A stretch of 49,547 bases of DNA, filler included, from Bipalium vagum (taxonomy: Eukaryota), in assembly GCA_037834085.1 (NCBI GenBank). It is 3 parts of 3 records of this genome, joined end to end, with 100 filler letters (N's around TTAATTAATTAA, not from the genome) between each part and the next. Parts side by side here need not be neighbours in the genome. Positions count along the whole stretch, not along the records: positions 32,312 to 49,547 come from JBBMKC010073746.1; 2 more parts are not named here. One strand, given 5' to 3'. Positions within the stretch are counted from its first letter, which is position 1; every line of letters starts with the position of its first letter. The translations under genes were made by a program, and so were the position numbers. This document shows positions 38,760 through 49,547 of the stretch, one piece after another. The notes under the pieces are model-generated. The model was not told the origin of the DNA, made no database searches, and saw nothing but the letters and a program-made list of their open reading frames with translations.

Positions 38760-39360
38760 AGATATTTATATGACTGATTTATGGTGCATCAATTTAAGTG
38801 TATCTAATGGAGTAGACTTTATTGTTAACGGAAATTGTTTTCCATCTGTTGTTAGAAGTCTGATATGTGAACATTTTGAAGGTCGAAATTTCAGATGAAG
38901 CCAAGGTGATATTTCCACAGCTTGGTCTATTAGTTATTGCATGAAAGGTATACTTGTGTTTAGAAGAACGATATCATCTGCATAAGCCAAACAGCTCAAT
39001 CTGATTTCATTTAACAAGGGGTCCCGAATTGTCCTCTAGGTCCTTTTCAGGTCACCTATAGATTCCCAAACTCGCTGGGTCTCTTTGGTAAATCCTTTTG
39101 CATGTCTATAATAAAGAATAAAAAAACTACTGGAATCTTAGGCTCCTGAAGTCATCTCTGCAAATATCTTCAAGCGAATAACAACTTCGGTAATATGTCT
39201 TCAACTGAAAATGTTCTCTCCTATTCTTGGTGGCTTTCTGGGAATATCCGTCTCTTTATGTAGTCGTAGAGATTGGTCTACGATCACCAATCCATGCGCT
39301 TTGAGACGGCTTTTTCCCCTAATAGCCATTAATTCTAACGTTATCTCCGCTCTGAGATAA
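38760..39360 (-). mobile_element. Decayed non-LTR retrotransposon reverse transcriptase
   Basis: DPLLNEIRLSCLAYADDIVLL...LHLKFRPSKCSHI, with YADD at 38973-38984 and a downstream L.F.P.KC motif typical of R2/NeSL-type RTs; stops present. Confidence 0.8.
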
Positions 39361-41479
39361 AGGTAGTCGAAATAATAAAAATAAATAAATTTATTAAAAA
39401 TAAAATTTATAGTCCCCAGGATGGGGCACATCTACCTTCAGAAAATAATAACTAAGCAATATATCATTATCTCGACGATGAGATTTTTATATATTGCTTT
39501 TTATAATATTTTTAAAATTTCGATTTGTTTCATTAATATTAATATTATTAATCTCTTTATTTCACGTTTTGTGCATTTGGCAAAACCAACATACAGAATG
39601 GACAATAGAAAAATAGATTACATATTTATTCAAATTCAAATTTAAGCTCAGAAGTCGAACTTTCAAAATATATTAAACATAATAGAAAAATAAACTTGTC
39701 TTGAGTCAAAACAGATCCAATGTAACTAAGAAATTTAGTCCAAGCAAAATTTCTACTCTCATTGACATGTGCACGAGGCTGGAGTGAATTATCTTCAACC
39801 TTATCGGTCTCATGTCATGATTGCAAATATCGATAATAACAACTTTGAGAAGATAACGTATAGATCAGCAAAATTTTAGGAAAGGCGATAATTTTGCCAC
39901 TGATATAAAAAAAACTTACTGGAAAGAATGGGTTTTGAAATTTTTTGGAACTGAAATTTGAATGCCATTTATCAAAATGAGATGATATTTTAGAATTTAT
40001 TTAGAAATTTATAACTTTAAAAATTATTCTATTATTTTCTTGAATATTAAATATAGAAAAAAATTGTAAATCATTCATATTTAAAATTTTGATCTAATAT
40101 TAATGAAATGTGGGATTTCAAAATATCTTTTTTTAAATTTTATTTTAAAAAATATTGAAAATTTCTGTAATAAGATTATTTACTAATTTCTATAAGATCT
40201 CTCCATTTTTATAGATAAAAAAGTATTTTCGTAGTGATTTTTTATTGATTAAATATAAAATTATTGTGTAAATGGATAAATAAGATTAATATTCTACAAT
40301 AGTTTGGAAATCGAATTCCAAATCTGTCAAAATAGAGCACCGAACATTTTGTCCAAAATTTAAGAGGGTTCATGAAAACAAAAGTCAATATTTAATTTTT
40401 ATTAACAAAATTTAAAGGTGCCAAAAGTGAGGTTTCAGTATATTTTATAAAATGTTTTTTAGGGTTTTAGGCTTCACTTGCTTATTCAGTTATACATTGG
40501 CCCTTATGGCTTATCGAGGTATCTGAGCCGAAGTCGGCTTGAAGTTATTGTTTTCTGTTTGTAAAATTATTAACGCAATTTTAAAATTTCAGATTTTAAG
40601 ATTCTGTTTTTGGTCCTTGTTATTTAATAATTATTTAATAAGACCTTAATAAAGCCCCACAACATTTTTGCAAAACCGAACCTACACCAAAAGAAACTGA
40701 TGATGCCTATTTTTTGATCTGCGTCCAGTCTAATTCATCATAACTAGTTAATGAATTCGTTCAAAATAATTACGGAAAAGATATACTCAGCAAATTAAAG
40801 AAATGCACATAAAACATCAACAACGTCAATCCTATAAAAATTAATCCTTTTACTATAAATGATGTATCTATTTAAATATTTTTAATTAAGTTAAAAATGT
40901 TAAAAAGGAAAATTTTCGAAAAACTGTTTCGAAAAAAATTGTATTAAAAATTATATAAAATTTAGTGAAACAAAATCAAAAATATCGAGTTGAAATTGTG
41001 CCAAAGAAAGAAGTTCACAAAATCTGTACAAATAATACCAGGCACCAGAGTAGGGTTTTCAATGTAAAATTTATAAAAAATATTCACAACAACAAATAAT
41101 AAATTGATCTCAACTCGCAAATGTTTATAACAATCAATAAATATAAAAATGAATCAAATATTTAACTTTTTATATCTCTTAAAAGTGTAAGTAATGTGTA
41201 AATAACAAAATACAGTTACCTGGTTACCAATTTTTTAAAAAATTATGGTTTTTACGGTTTAGCTGGTCTTTTGGTTGCGTTTATGATTATACATTTAACG
41301 TGCAGACATCAGATGCTCACATGGTATGTCAAAAGACAAATTTTCAGGGATTTATTGAAGTGCTACTAAAGTGGAATGAAATCAAGAATTTGTACGTAGT
41401 TGTCGGTAGAACGTTTTATTTTGTGTTCTTTCTATCTGTTAATCATAAGGGGAAGTAGGTACATATAGAAATGAAATGT

Positions 41480-41941
41480 TTTCACGAAGAAGCATGATGA
41501 AAAAGTTGTTTAAGATTATGGTGAGCACCATTATTTGTATATTTTAATTCAAGATATTAGAAGATAGTTAATGTATCAACACTGAAAAATAAAAAACAAA
41601 TTAATTGACCATCTGAGCCTATGGGCAAGTGAAAAGCAAACCAATTGGTGGATGGATGATAATGCTCCCTTCCAGAGATCTAAAGAACTTCACAATACAT
41701 GCTGGCATTAAATTATTAAATGTTTACTCATCTGGCTTCAACATACAAGGTCGCTTCTTGTTCAGAAATTATGAGACATAATCAATAAGACAACATTTCA
41801 AGACTTTAAAATTAAAAAAAAGTTTTAAGAATATCGTCAAATTTGTAAATACTCTGACTCCTGGTATGATCCAAGAGGAATGCAACAAGTGGCTAAAATA
41901 TTTTGAAAAGAATCAAATTCAACGGAAATCGTATTTCTTAA
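41480..41941 (+). mobile_element. Decayed Tc1/mariner catalytic-domain remnant
   Basis: NWWMDDNAPFQRSK...YSSGFN....FLF...TPGMIQEECNKW resembles QDNAP.H.S / YSPDLN..DFFLF. Confidence 0.45.
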
Positions 41942-42214
41942 ACTTTAATCATTTTCCTTAATAGTTTCACTGATTTTCAGATACTCAAAACGACAGTGAA
42001 TGTCAGCAGCAAAAAAAAATATGACCATTTTAGTGAAAGATGCACTGATGTGTGAAGTTAGTTTAGCTTAAAAAGATCATTTTCGTTCTCTGGAAAAGGA
42101 GATTGTTATGACAACACATGATTAAATATTGTTTCAAAAACAAAGTAACAGTAATGAAACTGGACTAGAAAATTATGAAGAACCCGATGAATTCATCACC
42201 CAAGCTGATTATCA

Positions 42215-42550
42215 TTTCTTTCGATCAAAGCAGAACATTTTATGAGATGCACGGTTCCAATCGTTCGATATCATCCATACATGAAAAATAATACAAATTC
42301 AAGTTTTGACAAAATGATGCATAATTGGTCCAAATATTCAAAAAGTACTTTCTGTGAATTTTATTCGACTGCCGTAAGGATCCATTGATTCGATGTTCAA
42401 CAGATTCAAAATAAGCCAACTTCAAGAATTTAACAATTGCTCCTTTGCTTAAACTATTTCTAAATCTTTGAAAATTTCTAATGCTGTTTCCGACTTCCAA
42501 CCAATATATGACTTTGATATTTCAATAATTTGTTTTCACCAGACCTTTTC
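42215..42550 (+). mobile_element. Possible Mutator-like (MULE) transposase remnant
   Basis: IL*DARFQS...IQIQVL...AVSDFQ...ICFHQ loosely follows the MULE DGTF / DFE / C.FH order; several stops. Confidence 0.3.
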
Positions 42551-44281
42551 ATAATGAAAATTCATTAACACTCGAAAAAACGATTGGTGAATTATTGATA
42601 ATTGGAAAAAATTTAGACGTCAACCCAAAGTAAAGTTTTGTCACTTACCGAACAAATCAAGAAGTAACGAACTTTTTCGACAAAGAGAAATTATCGGTAA
42701 GAGGGATCCTTTTTCACCGTCAGAGTCTTCTTATAATGAAATTAAACAGACTTAGCAAATAATCAATTTTTAAGTTTTATGTATAAGAATGATTTTGTAA
42801 AAGTAATTTTGCTGATGAAAAGACCAGGGATAATAACTGATGACAAGGAAACACATCGGAATAAATTCTTTGAAAAATTTTGAATGACACTTTAAGGTTG
42901 TATGAAAAATCACGAGTCTCTTATTGGAAGACGGTGAATGTTGATTAACTCAATGATATTTTTCCACTTTTATATATATTACTAAAAAAAATTTTGACCA
43001 AGTGACGGTCAAATGTTTAACAACTCTAATATACCTTTCTTATTTAACAGTAAATCGATCGTGTTGTGTTGCAATATTTTTTTACATTTGTATAATTGTC
43101 CATTAATAAATACATTTTTAATTATAATCGATTATAGAAAAATTCGTCAATTAGATTTTTCAGCTTTCGGAAATCATTTGATAGAAGAAAATTCGGATTT
43201 TACCCAAAATTTAACAAATCATTTTTTTAATAACATGAAGATATTAACAATAAAAATCGTACTATTTATTTGAGAGTTAATTGATTTCATTTTTCTGGAT
43301 GTTAATAGTAATCAGATTTTAATCAAATTTTTCGAATACAAAATTTCTTCTAAGTCAATAAACAATTTATATTATTATAGAAGTCCGTTGAAAACCCATT
43401 ATACACTGTGATTTTTATTTGGTTTACCACTCTTCAAATTTTACATATTAATATGATATAAATATAACTTTAATCTATAAAGACCAAAAGTTAAATAAGT
43501 ATCAATTCTATTTACAGCTAAAAAACTAAATTTTGTCCTCAAATTTAAGGATCATTATGATAATTATTTTGACATTCTCTTTATTCGAATGTCATTTAGA
43601 AATAATTAACTCGTGACATTATTTTTCGTAATAAAAAATATTTTAAAAATTTTAATTCATTAAAGTTTTTTAAGTTTTAAATTTTTAAAGAGTTTGTTTT
43701 GATGATCATAAAGTAAAGTGATGTGAAAAATAAGTAAGTTTCTAATAACAGACTGTTAATAAAACTTTATTTTGGTTAAGATTACATTTGATGAAATTTG
43801 AATCATAAATTTAATTAAAATTTATGTAAATTCTATTTGGAGAAGAATTTCAATTAATATAAGTAATAATTTTTCTATAAAATGACAATGTAATTCAATT
43901 TAGACAGAAAAATCTGAAAACGATAGAAAACCTTGATAAAAACGATATAGTTTTACAGATTATATTCTAAATATCTAATAATTCAATTAAAGAGAATGTA
44001 GTTTTGGATGAAAGTTAATATTAAATATATTATTAAAAGTTAATTATAATTAAAGTCAATTAATATAAGAAAGTATACAATTTTTCAAAATTTTATTTTA
44101 AATGTGAACTATTTTCAATTCCAGACAACTATAAAATTATTGGTTAAAAATAAATATGCAATGTGTTTCTTTTCTTTATTTAAATTAATTAATTTAATGG
44201 CTTTGTTTCAATTAAATAAATTCAGAGATTTTCAAAAATTAATTCAATATTATAAATTTTAAAATACAACATATTTAGACG

Positions 44282-46126
44282 ATGGACAACTCTGACTTAT
44301 TTTTGTATCAATCAGATAACGGAGGAACAGAAGATCAAATGTATATTATTGCTGACGATAGTAATATGCAAATGGAAGAAATCCCAAGTTATGGTATAAC
44401 AGATAGTGGAGAAAACATAATCCAGGTAAAATTTAATTATTTAATAAAGCATCTCCATGCATTGTTTACATTAAGATCACTGAAAGTGATGGCCAGCTGC
44501 CTGATATCAACGCGGATTCCTATATACTGTATGATGAAAACGGACAGGCATATATAGTTGAATCAAATTCCATAGAAAATAATTCAGATATCAATAACAA
44601 CTTAGATATAAACAATGGGAATAGTAAACTTGTGACATATCGGTGCCCATCCTGTACACTATCTTATCAGAATGCTAACGCGTTTACCAAACATATGCGA
44701 GAAAAGCATTTTGTGAAGGTATTTACTTGTAGACAATGTGAAGATTTCTTCGAAAATCTCAGCCTTTTGTTTCTTCATGCTCGTCGAACGCATGTTGATC
44801 CCAAGAAGCCACGTAAAAACCCGTCAAATTTTAAATTCCACTGTCCCGATTGCGATTATATGACCAACAATGGCGGTACCATGGAACATCATCGTCGTGC
44901 CCATTCTGGAGTGAAACCATACAAATGTGACATTTGTTTCAAAATGTTCGCCCAGAAAGCCAACATGAAGACCCATAAGAACCGACATATTCACAAAGAT
45001 CGAATATTCCGCTGCGATACTTGTAACAAGTCGTTTAACAGCCACGACATTTATTTAGCTCACTTAAGAACGCGCGAGCACGAGTTACAGGAGCATTTTC
45101 AGATGATTGTGACATCGAAAATTAGAATTAGGTGTATGGGTTGCAATGAAGTCTTTGAAAATTACTTTTACGTCAATAAGCACTCCCGATCCTGCGAAAT
45201 CCTGAAGAGCCTGGAAGTCAAGTATTGGTGCATACAGTGCGACGAAGGCTTCAGTAACTCAACGGCTTTGAAACACCACTTGAAAAGTCACGGAGGGAAT
45301 CAGATCATCACGTGCCCTGTTTGCGGGGAGCGCGGATTCCCCGGTTTTAACCAGCTCAATCATCACATCACCCGGGCTCACGCACTGAAAGTCAACAGGC
45401 GGAATGTGTGTCGTTATTGTGAAATGACATTTGAGAGCAAAGAACTTTTGGACGATCATATTGACGATATGCATCACTCGGAAAAGAATGCCCGTCAATC
45501 TCGTGGGGCTGCTGGTCGATTACGATGTCAGTTTGACAATTGCGACTTTACATCCAACTCCGTCATGCTGATGGACCGTCACCGGGACCAGCACATCAAC
45601 AACACGCTGCCGCTGAATCGTGGGGAAGTCAAGCCACGAGGACGCAGACGAAAAATGATGCCGACCATTCAGTTGTCAGATTACGAGAAACAGGAAATGG
45701 TGCTCGACTCAGAAATCGAGCATTACAGCTCAACGGTGGAATATAACGAAATTTTACGCGATGAAGAATACGATTTGAATAACGATTTTGTCAAGAGCGA
45801 AATGGTTGTGTCGACTTTCAAAAAAGTCAAGCAAGCATCATCACCAATCAAACCGAAAGAAAGTATCGATGATATGGATATTGACGATTTGGAAAGATTG
45901 GCAACATCGTTTGGTAAACTTTTCCTTTTTATTTTCTTTTTTGACTTTTGTTCCAGTTGAAAAACATATACCAACGCCAAACGAAGGTAAAAAGAAAAGA
46001 GGGCGTCCCCGTAAGACCCCGGTGCGATTCGAAGATTATGAGGTATCAGATTTGGAGGCCTTAGCCGGTTTTAAACACCCAGTCGTCAAAGATGAAAACT
46101 TTGAGACCAATGGGTGGTACAACTAA
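44282..46126 (+). CDS. Zinc-finger transcription factor, 583 aa, with 10 fingers (9 C2H2, 1 C2HC) and a C-terminal AT-hook. Exons 44282-44425, 44476-45913, 45957-46126
   Basis: Introns of 50 nt (CAG|GTAAAA...TAAG, phase 0) and 43 nt (G|GTAAAC...TTCCAG, phase 1) join three ORF-track fragments in frame. HSGVKPYKC linker, acidic N-terminus and KKKRGRPRK are present. Confidence 0.9.
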
Positions 46127-46902
46127 ACCTTAAAAAGGATTCTTGAGTTTCAGTTCGAGACAATGTGCTCACAGTAGTTTTACACTATTTATTATTGTCA
46201 CATCGAACTGATTCTCGAAATATGTCGAGTGTTTTATACAATAATACTTTGATTTGTTGGTTTAATGTACTTATTAAATTGTAAAGATTTTATACCAACT
46301 TTTTTAAGTGTTTGTGTACACCTGTTTGGATCGATTGTAATCTCAAGCCTTCAAATAAACTTGTAAATGTTGGAATTTGACTTGTTATTTATATAGAATA
46401 TTTTTCTTAAGACTATTGAAATCGACAATTTCTTAATATTTCTTTTAAATTTAGTATACAAAAATATGATACTCAGGATCGAAATTTGTTATTACCGTGC
46501 ACTGATAGCTTATTTGAAATACGCGTCCAAAACTAGGCTTCCAGGGAAATCTGAAAAGTTATTTAATTGAGTAATATGAATTAATAAAATAGAGCGTGAT
46601 GGATATTTCTTACATAACAATTATTTATTATTTCACAATACTTTCATTAAAATTATCATTCATTGTTTTCATTAGATTACATTTCTGTTTTTTAAAAAGT
46701 TTATTTTTAAAACTAATTACTTGGTATTATTTTTAAATTAATTTTATCATACCATAAATTAATAAAGGAAATTTTAAAATTGTTTTAATGTATTTTTGTT
46801 TTTAACTAATTTAGCAAATAATTAAATAAATATTTGCAGGGAGCTCTTTCTGTTTTATGTCTTGCGTTACATCATATGATAACATATTCCTTAAATATGA
46901 CT

Positions 46903-46912
46903 GTCACGTGAC
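46903..46912. promoter_or_regulatory. Perfect palindromic E-box GTCACGTGAC (USF/TFE-type site)
   Basis: 10-bp GC-containing palindrome in very AT-rich DNA, just upstream of a candidate first exon. Confidence 0.35.
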
Positions 46913-47053
46913 TTTATTTCAATGTCTCATTACGGTAGTAATTAAAATTTTTATAAAAATCTGTTTAAGAAAAATAAATATAGAAATAAAATTTTTTTAA
47001 TTATGTGGAATCAATGATTTGTTAACTTTTTAGTTCATATTAACAGAATATCA

Positions 47054-47075
47054 ATGAAAGGGTCTAAATGGAAAA
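47054..47075 (+). CDS. Candidate first coding micro-exon (MKGSKWK) of a gene continuing downstream
   Basis: Acceptor tttttag at 47033, ATG at 47054, perfect donor A|GTAAGT at 47076 (phase 1). Confidence 0.3.
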
Positions 47076-47797
47076 GTAAGTTATATTTTACTTTTAATCT
47101 TAATAGTAAGAAAAACTAATGCACAAAAGTTTCATAGACTCTTTGGTTAGATTATTTTTAATGAATTGATTTCTTGTTAGCTCAATTTTTTCATATTGTT
47201 TTATGATTTTTATTGAAAAGATTAAGGATTAGTAGCAACTTTAATAACTATCCAAGAATTTAGATCTTTAAACAAGTGGTAAAGTACAAGTTGTTTAATT
47301 TAAAAATCAAAGTATTAAAAATGTAATCAATTTTTTTTATTTTCTACATTAATATTTCTCGAAAATTTAGTCATGATGAAAATTCTCTATCAAATCTATA
47401 AAAAAGCAATGTTTTATTATCTATATCTCATATTTAGAAAAGTTTCTTGTAAATTGTAAGGGATATTTAATTAAATTCTATCAATGAAAGTATTGATTTG
47501 CTTTAAAATTGTGTCAAATTATTTTAAATGAGATATTAAAAGAAAAAAGCAATAAATTAAAATATGGTGAACTTTTTAACCATAGAAAGCTTTTTTCTGA
47601 ATTATTCGTTGCAATTACAAAGAGTGTAGCATAATTTGTTTGATTTGTGATTGGATAAGAATTATATAATTAATTATTATTACACCACAAGGGTTTATTA
47701 ACTAATTGTGTTTTAGTTAAATCTAATTAAATAGAGAAAGTCATAAAATTGAAAAAGGATGAAATTTGATTTAACTATTGCATTTATAAATGCTCTT

Positions 47798-48153
47798 ATT
47801 TTCTGAAAATCTGGAAACTTTTACACTCCATGGATCCACTCCTCCATCAACTGTCAATCACCAGATACCATCTAATAGAATGAGTAATGCTGTGGAGTTT
47901 GGTTATTTGGACAGCCAGATCGGATCATTGAAGCCGGAGTTGTCACAGGTTGATGCTTTTGGTATAAGGGATAGGAATTCCAGTTGGTATTGGACCCTGA
48001 CTTTGTGCTCCCATAGCGTCGTTGACGATCGTTGGATTGAAGACGTCTGCCACTCGATGGATAGGTCTCGACACCCTGCGTCGATTGGCTTGTCAGGATG
48101 GAAGGTATGTACAGCGGGTAACATTTCCTGGTCGTCAGAAAATGTGATAGCTA
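47798..48153. repeat. Copy B of the unidentified GC-rich element
   Basis: About 45-50% GC island homologous to 35668-35966; imperfect terminal inverted repeats (16/20). Confidence 0.75.
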
Positions 48154-49547
48154 AATAAAACTAAAGCAATGAAATATATTAACTAGTTTAATAACACCTG
48201 AGATATTTTTTATCTCGTTTCCAAAAATATGGCTGAGTTTTGGAAAAAAGTAGAAATCGAATAATTTAGTAGTTAATAATTTTAATATTTACCAAGCTTG
48301 TTATTATCTGACCCCAAGATCTTATAATTATTGGGTTAATGAATATGAGTTAGGGTAGTTCAATAAATCAATATAAAGACTCCAATTAATATATAAATTG
48401 ACTAATATAATAATATAACTTATTACAATGTGTCCTGATAAATCACGACTTATGGATAACACGATAATTATTTAAGCTTATTATTATTTATTATTTTCTG
48501 TTAAATCTTTATGATTTACTAATTCAAAGTTTTATTTAATGTATTATGTATTACATGTATTTATCAAATTATGTAAAACTCCTTGATAAATAATCATATT
48601 ATTTATGGTGGATATTTGAAAAATAAAATTAACACTATACTAAGATTTATTTTCTTGTTTGCTTTTCTACTAGTGAACTCTTCTTTTTATATTTGCTGTA
48701 ACTTGTAGTTGTGGCAGTAATTGATTGAACTTGTGATTTCTCAGAACAATTTGCAGTATTGCATATAAATTACAATCCCTGTTTCTTCTGTTTATTAAAT
48801 TTTTTTCGTAAAACTTTCATTATGAAATTATGGTTGTCTATATTTTTTACTCTCTTTTTATAGGGAATTTTTAGCATGATAAAAGATTCTAGCAACAAAT
48901 GATACTGAATATAATTTTTTCATCTTTTGTTATCATGATTTTATTTCTAACTTAAATTACTATTAATTCCTTATTTTAATATTCGAATTATTTTTAGTGG
49001 ATAATTTTTTCGCATTAATTACTTTAATTATTTGTTACGTTTTTAAATTTAATTATTATTTCACTGAATTTTACTTTATTATTATTTTTATTGCACAATC
49101 TTCGCTGTTATTGTTGATTATGTTAAGTTCCTAAAAATATGGGCTGATTTTAAAAGACTTGACTCTGCTTTTAGGTCACTTAACAAAGTATCTGCTATCA
49201 GAAGGAATTACGGATGAACGTTGAAGCACTATAATACTCACTGACAATATAAAAATCGATCGAAAACGAAACAAATTTTTAAAACTAAATCTTTATTGAC
49301 AAGGTTTTCAATGGCAAGGATTAATAAGATTTTATGCTGATTGATCAGATTCTTTAAACACAGGCTTAGCCTAGTGTGTTAAAGCCCTCAGGAAGTTTGC
49401 CAGCCAACGGCTGTGCAAACTATAAACAAAAAAGGAAGAAATGGAAGGACAAAAAACTTTTAATTGATCTACGGTGAAGCACCGAGTAATTATTTACGAG
49501 AAGTATTAATTAAAAGTTTACGTCAATCGGTTAAGATTGCGCAACTG

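Noticed and set aside
44824-45980. Antisense and alternate-frame ORFs within the zinc-finger gene
   Set aside because: Shadow ORFs of a GC-richer coding exon
48050-48154. TAG/TAA in copy B aligned to TAT in copy A, hinting at stop-to-Tyr recoding
   Set aside because: The 583-aa zinc-finger gene and the ~860-aa Ig gene contain many Tyr and no internal TAA/TAG, and that frame also has TGA stops; the standard code holds
1-49547. Prokaryotic-type systems (operons, CRISPR arrays, rRNA)
   Set aside because: The sequence is intron-containing eukaryotic DNA; no regularly spaced repeat-spacer array or rRNA-like segment was seen

Overview
Very AT-rich (by eye about 20-25% GC) eukaryotic, almost certainly animal, genomic DNA from a gapped draft assembly (two 100-nt gap spacers: 44 N + TTAATTAATTAA + 44 N). 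A flatworm/planarian-type host is my inference, based on 42-50 nt minimal introns, AAT microsatellites, dense Tc1/mariner litter and the style of the Ig domains. Three spliced host genes could be reconstructed by hand. (1) A large minus-strand gene (15092 to 1864) with six or more exons joined entirely by phase-1 introns. It encodes about 860 aa or more of tandem, highly divergent Ig-like domains (at least 8) with a C-terminal hydrophobic anchor; the ORF track shows it only as unrelated fragments, and its 5' end is unresolved. (2) A compact 3-exon CCDC117-like gene (34701-35303, +). (3) A 3-exon 583-aa protein with 10 zinc fingers and an AT-hook (44282-46126, +). The remainder is mostly decayed DNA transposons (DD34D mariners, Tc1, an IS630-like element, a Merlin/ISXO2 fragment, a MITE) and a non-LTR retrotransposon remnant. 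There is also an unexplained ~300-360 bp GC-rich element present twice (35668-35966, 47798-48153). No rRNA, intact tRNA or CRISPR was seen. All calls are from manual reading; no searches were run.
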